Shown piece by piece: positions 19,463 to 27,988 of a stretch of DNA of 55,906 bases (its first letter is position 1; every line of letters starts with the position of its first letter). The notes below the pieces were generated by a model that was not told the origin of the DNA, ran no database searches, and saw only the letters and a program-made list of their open reading frames with translations. The translations under genes were made by a program, and so were the position numbers. The stretch is taken from positions 1 through 55,906 of the IMG/VR virus record IMGVR_UViG_3300031552_000006. The stretch is one strand, 5' to 3'. The stretch is from a virus. Taxonomy: Duplodnaviria; Caudoviricetes.

Positions 19463-19521
19463 TTTGCGTGTTTTATTATAATTTCTACCATGAGTCAATA
19501 AAAAAATACTATTTGATTATT

Positions 19522-19872
19522 TTATAAATATTTTTCATTCTGCATCGCCGAGATATATTCCCTAGTCATTTTATCAGCCTGCTGTGCTGTAAGTTTTACT
19601 GCCGGCCCGCATCCGTGGGGACATATTAACTTTGGATCGTTAACAGTTCCAAATAGTCTGCACATATAAGGCCTGGTTTCATATATATCGCAACCTTGTT
19701 CTGACTCATAAGGGCAATGTAGGAAAGATTCACGTTTCCGTTTATCCTTCACTCTATTCCATTCCCACTGAGAAAACGGTATAGGGCCGCAACAGTCGTG
19801 ACAACCGGGCTTGCATTTAAAAGTCGGTATTTTCCTGTATAAATTTTTTATGACCTTTGATTCATGCGACAT
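19522..19872 (-). CDS. YkgJ/CxxCxxCC Zn- or Fe-S-binding protein
   Basis: CKPGCHDCCG...CPY..CDIYETRPYMCRLFG. Confidence 0.85.
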   Translation of the reverse strand: MSHESKVIKNLYRKIPTFKCKPGCHDCCGPIPFSQWEWNRVKDKRKRESFLHCPYESEQGCDIYETRPYMCRLFGTVNDPKLICPHGCGPAVKLTAQQADKMTREYISAMQNEKYL

Positions 19873-19952
19873 TTGCTATTCCTTAACAAACTTCTGCCCG
19901 GGGTCGTATAACCCAGGAGGATTGAATGGACTACCGGAACACAGGGAAAGCG

Positions 19953-20126
19953 TTATAGAGATTCAATTTTTTGAACCATATTATTGATTTTCTCGGCAAG
20001 AAATTTGCCGACATGCTCATCCTTGCGCACATAGTATAATTGCCGTTTAGAGATACCAATTTTCTTGGCGAGATCATCATGTGAACATTTATAAAATTCC
20101 AATAATCTATCAATTTGTTTTTCCAT
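19953..20126 (-). CDS. Cro-like HTH regulator
   Basis: SHDDLAKKIGISKRQLYY HTH; first gene of leftward operon at the divergence point. Confidence 0.7.
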   Translation of the reverse strand: MEKQIDRLLEFYKCSHDDLAKKIGISKRQLYYVRKDEHVGKFLAEKINNMVQKIESL

Positions 20127-20213
20127 AAAACAAATCCTAAATGAAATTATTGCAGAAATCAAGAACAAAATTAATTTGTATAAAAATAATCTGCAATCTT
20201 TGCAATTATTTTC

Positions 20214-20242
20214 TTGACATCATTTTTTGATGAGTGTATCTT
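20214..20242 (+). promoter_or_regulatory. Rightward sigma70 promoter with overlapping palindromic operator
   Basis: TTGACA-17-TATCTT; CATCA-N5-TGATG at 20218-20232. Confidence 0.8.
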
Positions 20243-20255
20243 ATTAAATATAAAA

Positions 20256-20330
20256 GCTGTGGGAATGCACAGCCTGGCGGGGAGATGCCCCTAACCTAGA
20301 AGCCCCCAGTTTTACGGGGGGAGCATTCAC
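20256..20330 (+). ncRNA. IS200/IS605 right-end / TnpB omegaRNA-like scaffold (orphan)
   Basis: GCTGTG-GGAATG-CACAGC hairpin, GGGG/CCCC hairpin, GAAGCCCCC-AGTTTTAC-GGGGG hairpin, terminal TCAC; GAATGC complementary to GCATTC. Confidence 0.62.
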
Positions 20331-20365
20331 ATTCGTATTTAGATAACTTTTTAAATGATTTAATA

Positions 20366-20439
20366 TGCGTGGTGGAAAAACGGTAATTCGCCAGCCTCAT
20401 AAACTGGAGATCCGGGTCCGAATCCCGGCCACGCTACCT
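20366..20439 (+). tRNA. tRNA-Met(CAT)-like, atypical/possibly degenerate
   Basis: Cloverleaf; anticodon loop CTCATAA; 1:72 mismatch; T-loop TCCGAAT; ends ACCT. Confidence 0.7.
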
Positions 20440-20513
20440 ACAGAATGTTAGGAAAATATAAATGTTATCATGCACCAGGCGGGGGAAAGACCCGCCACAA
20501 ACACGGAGGGAAC

Positions 20514-20741
20514 ATGATAATACAATTTGATGAAATCAGCCTCAAAGGCCGAAAATCAGGCATTTGTCCAAAATGTGGGGAACGTGCTAAAAGATCTTTT
20601 AAGTTTTATCAGACCCTTAGTATATTTAATAAGAATAAAAATGGATTTGTTAAAACAGAAAAAGAAATAATGGAGGAAAATACAAAAGCTTATCTAAAAT
20701 GGGCGAAGACTCCGACATATCATGCCAAGTGTGAGGACTAA
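20514..20741 (+). CDS. Small zinc-finger hypothetical protein
   Basis: GGAGG RBS before MIIQFDE; CPKC...HAKC. Confidence 0.7.
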   Translation: MIIQFDEISLKGRKSGICPKCGERAKRSFKFYQTLSIFNKNKNGFVKTEKEIMEENTKAYLKWAKTPTYHAKCED

Positions 20742-20829
20742 ATGACAGAACAATTTATGGGCTTGGGGAGAGATAAGAATCGGTCAAAAGGAGTAGTATC
20801 AGGGTCATTAACAATGGGTACAGGATTTT

Positions 20830-20904
20830 AGCGGGGTGGCCAAGAGGTTAAGGCTCCGGTCTCATACGCCGGTATCGGCAGTTCGAATCTGCCCCCCGCA
20901 ACCA
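20830..20904 (+). tRNA. tRNA-Met(CAT), initiator-like
   Basis: AGCGGGG/CCCCGCA acceptor with 1:72 mismatch, CTCATAC loop, GTTCGAATC, ACCA end. Confidence 0.9.
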
Positions 20905-21081
20905 AAGGAGGTTTCATGGATAAACGAATTAAAAATCAAATCTGGTTTGCAATCGGTTTCTTGATCGCAATGATTTATGTTCTCAGTTACATCTAAAATT
21001 ATACTTGTTCCCGACGCTTAGGCTCGCAATAAAGATCGATTCCCCGATGAGTGGTTATCTCGTTTTGGAACAAGTTCAATG

Positions 21082-21115
21082 GGTGGGATAATTCGGGAGG
21101 GATTATCCCACCTTT
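21082..21115 (+). terminator. Terminator-like hairpin
   Basis: GGTGGGATAAT-N9-ATTATCCCACC-TTT. Confidence 0.6.
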
Positions 21116-21140
21116 CACCTTTAATTTTATGGAGGCAATT

Positions 21141-22166
21141 ATGTTTGAAAAGACAGAACAGCAAAATATTTTTGATGCGGTTCATACTCAAATTGAAACC
21201 GCAAAAAAAGATGGATGGAATTTATTATTACCATCTTTTCCTATCTCGCCAACGCCTGAAAGTCTATTTGTCCCTTGCCTGGAAAAAGTTGAAATTGATA
21301 CAGCAGACGGCTCAAAAGATATTTATAAAGGTGCAGGAAGTACTAAGTTTCGTCTTCATGCCGCAGCTCTGAACCGAATCGCTATTGCCGGCGAATTAAA
21401 ATGGAATAATGATTTCACTGGATACGCAAAGGATCAGGACGGCACACAGATATTTAGGGCGGTGGGCGGAGTGGTTAATTCAGCAGGAAATATTCACCAG
21501 GAATCAGGATATTATCCATTGAATCTTGCAGATATAAAAGATGATCTCATCGACCAATACACTGAAAAGGCAAAAAAGGATGGAAAAGATCAGAGTTACA
21601 TTGATTATTGTGTTAATAGAGATTATCGAGCCAAACGCCAACATCTTTTGAAGCTTACAGAGACTGGGGCAAAAAATAGAGTCATCCGGAAAATATTCAA
21701 TATCAAAAATGAATACACATTGGCGGAACTCAAAAAACCCTTCCTTGTTCTCAAATTTACCATCTACATGGATTTTAAAGATCCGATGGTTAAACAGATG
21801 GTCCTGGGAATGAAGATCCAGGCAGCCCTGGGAGTATACGGGGTGAACAATACTCCGTCACTTCCATCACCACAAAACTTTTCTATTCCGGCACCTAAAG
21901 CAATGGAACCATTCGACCCCGATAATGATCCAAATTTGACACCGGTTGATGACGATCTGACTGAACAGGAAGAAGAATTGAGTAGTGCCGAATTTGATTT
22001 CATTAATGCTGATAAGGAAACTCAGGATATCGCATTAAAAACTCTTGCAGATAAAGTTAAGGTTACTTTGAAAGATATGACTTTCCCTGACAATATAACC
22101 GATAAAAGGCTTTATGCGTTCAGGCAGCTTAATAAAAAATTAATTAGCGATGAAATTCCATTTTAA
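21141..22166 (+). CDS. Hypothetical recombination-module protein (possible annealase)
   Basis: GGAGG RBS at MFEKTE; ETGAKNRVIR motif; SSB-like DEIPF tail; upstream of sbcDC-like genes. Confidence 0.6.
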   Translation: MFEKTEQQNIFDAVHTQIETAKKDGWNLLLPSFPISPTPESLFVPCLEKVEIDTADGSKDIYKGAGSTKFRLHAAALNRIAIAGELKWNNDFTGYAKDQDGTQIFRAVGGVVNSAGNIHQESGYYPLNLADIKDDLIDQYTEKAKKDGKDQSYIDYCVNRDYRAKRQHLLKLTETGAKNRVIRKIFNIKNEYTLAELKKPFLVLKFTIYMDFKDPMVKQMVLGMKIQAALGVYGVNNTPSLPSPQNFSIPAPKAMEPFDPDNDPNLTPVDDDLTEQEEELSSAEFDFINADKETQDIALKTLADKVKVTLKDMTFPDNITDKRLYAFRQLNKKLISDEIPF

Positions 22167-22323
22167 GGAGGGCGCAATGATATATCAGATAATGATTTTT
22201 ATCGGCCATCATCAGAAGTTATTTATGGGAATTATTTTATTAATTATTGCTGGTATTTGTGCCTATTGGGGAAATCAGAGTTTTGATAAAAATGAAGAAA
22301 CTAAACCATGGGAGGATCTGTAA

Positions 22324-23559
22324 ATGAAATGTCTTCAAACTTCAGACTGGCACGCAGACGCTAATTTGGATGAATTCAAGAAGTGCTCAACCTTTCTCCT
22401 CGCCACAGCAAAAGAAGAAAATCCGGACCTGATCATTATTGCAGGCGATATCTTTAACAGCCGCGACATTAAGCTTGAATCTGAGACCTGTAAATTGGTT
22501 TTTGAAAAGATTCATATCTTATCAGAAATTGCCCCTGTCAGTATAGTCACGGGGACCCCGACACATGAGGGTACTGCTACGGAATCCCTTATCTATACCT
22601 CAGCCTTTGAGCATAATGTGACCGTTTCTTCAATGCCAGAACAACTTTTTCTTGTAAACGGTGAATTAAAAAGAGAAGTATGGACAGAGGAGGAAGGGTA
22701 TAAAATTGAACCTGACGCCATTATCTCCACAATGCCTACTCCGACAAAGAAATGGATGCAGGGCACAAATGATGAAATAGCTCAGGCATTAACTCCAATT
22801 TTCGCCGGCTTCGGGGCCGGGGCGTCAGATTATAAATGCCCCCACATCCTGATCGGTCATTTCTCAGTTCGAGGAGCATCGATTTCGGACACCCAGATCA
22901 TGGTTGGGAGAGATATTGAAATCAGTAAGGACCAACTTGCTTTAGGTAACTTTGACCTTGTTTGCTTGGGGCACATCCATAAGGCGCAGCAGATCGATAA
23001 TATTTTTTATGCTGGGTCCCTCTTTGCAAATAACTTTGGCGAAAAAGAGGATAAAGGATTTTATATCCACAATATAAATAAACCGAAGGGAACTCTCGAA
23101 CCATCCTTTAATAAGTGGGATATCCAATCGAGATTTATAAAAACTCCTGCCAAGAAACTGGTAACAGTGAGAGCGAATCTTACAAAAGAAAACTTTGACC
23201 CTATCATCGACGAGTCGGTTAAAGGAGCCTCAATAAAAATTGAACTCAGCATGTTCCAGGATGATAAGTTTTCGATCAACCTTGATGAGATTAAAAAACA
23301 GTACCTTGATGCCGGCGCCACAGAAGTAAAATTGATAACGGCACATATTCCACGTGAGAATGTGAGAAGTGAATCGATTATGAAACTTTCCACTCTGCCT
23401 GATAAAATCGAAGAAGGGGCAAAGATAAAGGAGGAATCAATTCCGGAAGGAGTCCTTGATATCGCCCATGATTTTGAAACGCTGCCAGAAAAGGAAATAT
23501 ATGGAAAAGTCACAAGCGGAGATTACGACCGGCCAGGTCCCGGGGTATCCGCATCTTGA
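22324..23559 (+). CDS. sbcD: SbcD/Mre11-like metallophosphoesterase nuclease
   Basis: SDWH, AGDIF, GTPTHE, GH, LGHIH, YAGS. Confidence 0.9.
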   Translation: MKCLQTSDWHADANLDEFKKCSTFLLATAKEENPDLIIIAGDIFNSRDIKLESETCKLVFEKIHILSEIAPVSIVTGTPTHEGTATESLIYTSAFEHNVTVSSMPEQLFLVNGELKREVWTEEEGYKIEPDAIISTMPTPTKKWMQGTNDEIAQALTPIFAGFGAGASDYKCPHILIGHFSVRGASISDTQIMVGRDIEISKDQLALGNFDLVCLGHIHKAQQIDNIFYAGSLFANNFGEKEDKGFYIHNINKPKGTLEPSFNKWDIQSRFIKTPAKKLVTVRANLTKENFDPIIDESVKGASIKIELSMFQDDKFSINLDEIKKQYLDAGATEVKLITAHIPRENVRSESIMKLSTLPDKIEEGAKIKEESIPEGVLDIAHDFETLPEKEIYGKVTSGDYDRPGPGVSAS

Positions 23560-23744
23560 TGAAACGTGTGGATATTGCCAACATTTCATATACAAAGCTG
23601 GTAATCCGGAAATAGGAGAAAGCTATTGCAGGCTTTATAAAAAATGGTTCCCGAATCAATTCGACAACAATAATAAGCCTGCACCGTCACGGACATGTAA
23701 TCGATGGTTACGCAAAACATTATTTAATTTAAACGAGAAAGAAT

Positions 23745-26225
23745 ATGAAGATACTATCATTAAAGGCAAAGGGATTAGTTGGGCTTAAAAAAGGCATAGG
23801 AATTGAAGAAATTAATCTTGACTTTTCAAACCTTTCAGGACTTATAGCTTTGGCCGGCGTGAACGGTAAAGGGAAAAGCACTGTGCTTGAAAGTTTACCA
23901 CCATACGCAATGATGGCAAGTAAAGATGGAGCTATTCAGAATCATTACTTCCTGCAGGATAGTTTCAGAGAACAGGAATATCTTTATAATGGGGATCTTA
24001 TCAGAACGCGCCTTGATATTAGGGGCGGAACAAATTACACACCTGATGGCTATATCTGGATCAATGATCAGCCAAAAACTACAGGCAAAATCTCAGAATA
24101 TAAAGGCCTCATCAATGAGATCTTCGGCACCTCTGATCTTTTTTTTAACTCTGTTATGCACGCCCAAAACAGTAAGAGATTATCAGATTTGCGCCCCGCG
24201 CAACTGAAAGACCTTTTCGCTGAATTTCTGCGCCTGGATCGATATATAAAGTACGAAGATATGGCGAAAAGAGCATCTTATATACTTGATGGCAGGGCGG
24301 AAGGTATAAAAAAATCATTACTCATACTTCAGGACCATGCGGACCAGATTCCAGAAAATATTAATGATGAAATAACAGCCATTTCTATAAGTATTGCAAA
24401 TAGAGAGGCAAGTCTTAAAATGCTTGCTGAAGGGCAGGAAAAATTTATTCAACAAATCGAATCATTTGGAAAAATAGCACAAAATAACAAAACACTTGAA
24501 GCGTCTAAGGTCGAAATTGTTAAATCAATTCAGCAGATCGATTTAGATATTCAAGCTGATAAAAAGCAGTCAGAATCTGAACTGGCAACTATCAGGGAAA
24601 AGGCCGCAAAGATTATTTCTCTTATAAAAGAGAATGAAAATATTATCGGAAGCAAGGATAAAATTGAATTAGCAGTATCAGAACTTGCAAAATTAGAAAA
24701 TGATCAAGTTAGGATTCAAGCCTTAATCAGTCAATGCAATGATAATATAGCCGCCAGGTCCGAAGAAATAAATAAACTACATACCACGCGCATCGAAGCA
24801 AATAAAAATGCCCAGGCCGATGAACTTAAAATATCCACCAGGATCGACGATCTTGAGAAGCAGCGTAGGGAGGCCAAGACAAACCTCGATAAAGCCCTTG
24901 ACCCTACGGCTACGGCTGCGCTCGAAGCTGAATTAAAAGCGTTACGGGAACAATCCGAGATACTTGGAAAGAGGAACCTAGATCCCTTTTGTCCGGACCA
25001 TACAGCGGCATGCATTTTTGTAAAAACAGCAATGGAGGCAAGCACAAGGATTCCGTTAGTAAAAACCCATATATCAGACAAAAAAAAGGAGCTGGAGCTC
25101 GCTCGGGAAAATGCGGTTAAGGAAATAAAGGAGCTTGACTCTAAGATATCTGATGAAAGCATCGCATTAAAAAGAATGGTTAATAAACATAAAGAAGCCG
25201 ATACTGGATATATTGATAGGCAAAAAGTTGAAAGGGACCTTTATGATAAGGATCAAAGAACAAAAACAGCTGAAATAAAAAATCTCGAAGACTTGGTCCT
25301 TAAAATAAATCTACTGCGACCTCAGGCAGCTATGATTGATAAAATAAAGACAGCCGAAAACACTCTCGGGTCTCTTAGAGAACAGAGAGAAGATATAACT
25401 CGGGAAGGCACAGAACTTAAAAAGAAATGGGATCAGCGAATCAATAATTTATTGGCTCGAAAATCATTGAATCAGGATTCAATCGAGACAATAAACAAGG
25501 AAATCGTTGAAGGCATTGATCAGAAACTTCAATACGAAAAAGATAATCTCAAAATAACGGAAAAACTGATCATTCAGGAGAAGGAAGAGATTTCTAAGGA
25601 GAAAAGCCAAATCGAAAATTTGAAAGTCAAGTCTCAGGAAAAAGAGAAGATACAGGAGGATATTGGTACCCAGAATAAAAATAAAATTGCCATCATGAAT
25701 GCGATATCCGACTTTAAATATATTCAGGCCATGTGCTCAAAAGACGGACTCAGGGCGCTTGAAATAGATGCGGTGAGACCAACTATCACTCATTATGCGA
25801 ACGACCTGATAGTCAATTCTTTTGGCCCTTCTTCCACTATAAAAATCGTTACTCAAGATGACAACGGTAAAGAGATTTTCGACATAAGAATTATTGACGA
25901 AGACGGTGAGGAGGTTTCCCTGGGAAATAGATCCGGAGGTCAGCAGGTCTGGCCCCTGAAGGCACTGCAGCTGGCAATGGCCCGCATCAATAAGGAGAAA
26001 TCCGGGAAAAATTATTTAACCTTACTTTCGGATGAGGAAGATGGAGCCCTATCTAGCGAAAATGCTAAAAATTTTGTATCTCTTTATCGCGGCATGTTGG
26101 CCCCGGATAAACAAACAGGCATAAAAACTTTTGAAAGCTGTTTCTATATATCTCATAAGTCTGAGTGTGTGGATATGGCTGATCATCGAATCATTTTCGA
26201 TGGAAATGGGATAAGCATTGAATAA
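23745..26225 (+). CDS. sbcC: SbcC/Rad50-like SMC ATPase
   Basis: GVNGKGKST, long coiled coil with central Cys pair, SGGQ signature, SDEEDGAL, ISH. Confidence 0.9.
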   Translation: MKILSLKAKGLVGLKKGIGIEEINLDFSNLSGLIALAGVNGKGKSTVLESLPPYAMMASKDGAIQNHYFLQDSFREQEYLYNGDLIRTRLDIRGGTNYTPDGYIWINDQPKTTGKISEYKGLINEIFGTSDLFFNSVMHAQNSKRLSDLRPAQLKDLFAEFLRLDRYIKYEDMAKRASYILDGRAEGIKKSLLILQDHADQIPENINDEITAISISIANREASLKMLAEGQEKFIQQIESFGKIAQNNKTLEASKVEIVKSIQQIDLDIQADKKQSESELATIREKAAKIISLIKENENIIGSKDKIELAVSELAKLENDQVRIQALISQCNDNIAARSEEINKLHTTRIEANKNAQADELKISTRIDDLEKQRREAKTNLDKALDPTATAALEAELKALREQSEILGKRNLDPFCPDHTAACIFVKTAMEASTRIPLVKTHISDKKKELELARENAVKEIKELDSKISDESIALKRMVNKHKEADTGYIDRQKVERDLYDKDQRTKTAEIKNLEDLVLKINLLRPQAAMIDKIKTAENTLGSLREQREDITREGTELKKKWDQRINNLLARKSLNQDSIETINKEIVEGIDQKLQYEKDNLKITEKLIIQEKEEISKEKSQIENLKVKSQEKEKIQEDIGTQNKNKIAIMNAISDFKYIQAMCSKDGLRALEIDAVRPTITHYANDLIVNSFGPSSTIKIVTQDDNGKEIFDIRIIDEDGEEVSLGNRSGGQQVWPLKALQLAMARINKEKSGKNYLTLLSDEEDGALSSENAKNFVSLYRGMLAPDKQTGIKTFESCFYISHKSECVDMADHRIIFDGNGISIE

Positions 26226-26235
26226 TTTTTAACCT

Positions 26236-26254
26236 GTATAATAACTGGTTATGT
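26236..26254 (+). mobile_element. Putative array entry site (attI/attG-like simple site)
   Basis: GTATAAT-N5-GTTATGT; GTTATGT is the exact complement of the first attC R'' (ACATAAC). Confidence 0.5.
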
Positions 26255-26540
26255 GTGGAGGAATATGGATAAGCATCAAAAAGATCTATATGAAAAAGAA
26301 ATTTTGGAAAAGTTAGTTCCTGCATTAAATAAACATTTAACGCTAAAGGAGGGTTGGAAGTTTTTGGACACAGTGAATCCAATACTTTCAAAATCGGGAT
26401 CGCCTTGGGTTTATATGATTTTTGCGGACGGTATAGCTGTTGTACTTGCTGAGAGCTTAAAAAGAACGGCAGACGCTATACGTAAAGCAGAAGGAGTCCA
26501 CGGAAGTTCTGTTGGTTGGGATAAAGACATTTTCACATAA
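26253..26540 (+). CDS. Cassette gene 1, hypothetical (likely start MDKHQ at 26265)
   Basis: GGAGG RBS; stop TAA lies inside attC R''. Confidence 0.8.
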   Translation: MWRNMDKHQKDLYEKEILEKLVPALNKHLTLKEGWKFLDTVNPILSKSGSPWVYMIFADGIAVVLAESLKRTADAIRKAEGVHGSSVGWDKDIFT

Positions 26541-26599
26541 CCTTAGTTTCAACAGTGACCGCGCAAAAGACCAATCGGCACGTTAAACCAATGTTATTT
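26535..26599 (+). mobile_element. attC site
   Basis: ACATAAC..GTTT(C)AAC(A)GTG(A)CCG-loop-CGGCACGTTAAAC..GTTATTT; 65 bp, three extrahelical bases. Confidence 0.88.
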
Positions 26600-26614
26600 T
26601 CATGGAGCAATTAA

Positions 26615-26797
26615 ATGGAACATTGTAAAAAATGTGGATACAAAACAGTTTTAGCAACATCACTGGTTACATATTTTACTCCAGACGACGAACCCTACGA
26701 ATCCGGAGATTGTGAATTACCCGAAACAATGGAAGAAGATGACGAAATTTACGCTCATGTAATGGTTGGAATACATTGGTGTGAAAGTGGAGTGTAG
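26615..26797 (+). CDS. Cassette gene 2a, small acidic CxxC protein
   Basis: GGAG RBS just after attC. Confidence 0.6.
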   Translation: MEHCKKCGYKTVLATSLVTYFTPDDEPYESGDCELPETMEEDDEIYAHVMVGIHWCESGV

Positions 26798-27125
26798 CAT
26801 GGATGGTAATCAATTCAGCAATTTGTACTTGGGTAATTTTCAACCTTCTGAGGAAAGTGCATTTCTTTGGGAGTTGGCAAAAGAATACCATGAACGAACA
26901 GAGTCATATGATAGAACTGTTTGTACTGGTCCTATTATAAATGATGCTATAGTTCCAATGAATAATTTTGAGAGAAGCAAAACATTAATGAACGCACATA
27001 AAATAAGAAAAGAAATATATCAAAGGGCCTTAGATAGAGGCATTGAAAAAAACAAAGTAAAAAAGGCTATAGTCAACTATTTATCCACTAACCCACGCAT
27101 CAACGCAGACCTGCAAACACCGTAG
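26766..27125 (+). CDS. Cassette gene 2b, hypothetical; reads into attC
   Basis: C-terminus TNPRINADLQTP is the translated attC left arm. Confidence 0.7.
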   Translation: MEYIGVKVECSMDGNQFSNLYLGNFQPSEESAFLWELAKEYHERTESYDRTVCTGPIINDAIVPMNNFERSKTLMNAHKIRKEIYQRALDRGIEKNKVKKAIVNYLSTNPRINADLQTP

Positions 27126-27148
27126 GCTGGTTATGCGGAATGTTATGA
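27086..27148 (+). mobile_element. attC site
   Basis: CACTAAC..CGCAT(C)AAC(G)CAG(A)CCTGC-loop-GTAGGCTGGTTATGCG..GTTATGA; 63 bp. Confidence 0.88.
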
Positions 27149-27157
27149 GAGTTTACT

Positions 27158-27412
27158 ATGAAATTAAGTGAGATAATAGCAGAAAGATTGTTTACTAATG
27201 GAGCTGGGCATAAAGCTCAACGCCTTGTGCTTGAAATGGAAAATGGTTCGGATGGCGGAGGATGGTGTAAAAAGACAGTTATAGATCAAATAGACAGAAT
27301 CCTCACAGAACTCACAAATCAACAGGAACAGGCAGGGAAATGTCCAGATTGTGGAGTTGAGAAAGGTGAACACCATTTATACCACTGCCCAGAGATCGGA
27401 TTCAATCTTTAA
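27158..27412 (+). CDS. Cassette gene 3, hypothetical with C-terminal Cys/His motif
   Basis: ATG 10 nt after attC; CPDC...HHLYHCP tail. Confidence 0.75.
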   Translation: MKLSEIIAERLFTNGAGHKAQRLVLEMENGSDGGGWCKKTVIDQIDRILTELTNQQEQAGKCPDCGVEKGEHHLYHCPEIGFNL

Positions 27413-27441
27413 CCGCCCGGCTGGTTATTTGGGCGTTATGC
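27305..27441 (+). mobile_element. Long attC-like site with degenerate left arm inside a CDS
   Basis: ACAGAAC..AAAT(C)AAC left; CTGGTTATTT..GTTATGC right; right arm repeated at 33055. Confidence 0.65.
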
Positions 27442-27454
27442 CTTTGGAGGGAAT

Positions 27455-27712
27455 ATGGATAGAATTCGATTAATTGAAGAAATAACAAAAATATCAAATT
27501 CATTGGACAAATCGATCTCTGATGCATCAGTCAGGGCTATTGAGGAATATCCTGATTTAGGAGTTATTTTAAATAAGGATGAAGATCCTATCGATGAGAC
27601 CTATATACAAAGAGCTAAAATAACCATGGAAAAAGCTTATGAGCGCAAAAGAACTTGCAAAGAAATAATCGATCTTATTAATAAGAACTGGCATGAGATA
27701 GTCAGTGGTTAA
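27455..27712 (+). CDS. Cassette gene 4, hypothetical helical protein
   Basis: GGAGG RBS after GTTATGC; stops 6 nt before next attC. Confidence 0.8.
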   Translation: MDRIRLIEEITKISNSLDKSISDASVRAIEEYPDLGVILNKDEDPIDETYIQRAKITMEKAYERKRTCKEIIDLINKNWHEIVSG

Positions 27713-27718
27713 TTTCAA

Positions 27719-27776
27719 GCATAATACTCATTCAACCACCCGGACAGCATAGCTGACGGTTAACTTAATGTTAGTT
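27719..27776 (+). mobile_element. attC-like site, slightly degenerate
   Basis: GCATAAT..TT(C)AAC..CAGC-ATA-GCTG..GTTAA..GTTAGTT; R'' matches the cassette start GTTATGC at 6 of 7 positions. Confidence 0.7.
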
Positions 27777-27790
27777 GGAAAGGAGAGAAT

Positions 27791-27988
27791 ATGCCAAAAA
27801 AATCACAAGATACACAGGTAGTTGATGAAATAACAGCGATTGTTAAAAATTTTTATGCACAGAGTCATACAGATGAAGCCCCTATAGTTTCACGTGAAAA
27901 TATAGTTTTAATGGTCGGCGCGGTTTGTAAGGATTGCGAAGAAGCTATCCGGCTGATTAGAACTATCAGGCAGGTTACAGGGGGATAA
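27791..27988 (+). CDS. Cassette-position gene 5, hypothetical
   Basis: AAAGGAG RBS straight after attC. Confidence 0.7.
   Translation: MPKKSQDTQVVDEITAIVKNFYAQSHTDEAPIVSRENIVLMVGAVCKDCEEAIRLIRTIRQVTGG

Noticed and set aside
20331-20351. Self-targeting by the putative omegaRNA guide
   Set aside because: By eye I found only an 11-nt match to the guide's distal part near 18647, not to the seed; a computational search is still needed
23456-23788. Independent Cys-rich gene between sbcD and sbcC
   Set aside because: May be real (CGYC..C motif, fills the gap), but it overlaps both neighbours and its start is unclear, so it was not called
26535-27776. Palindromes as plain intrinsic terminators
   Set aside because: They show TAAC/GTT boxes, consistent one-sided unpaired bases and cross-matching boundaries, and most lack U-tracts
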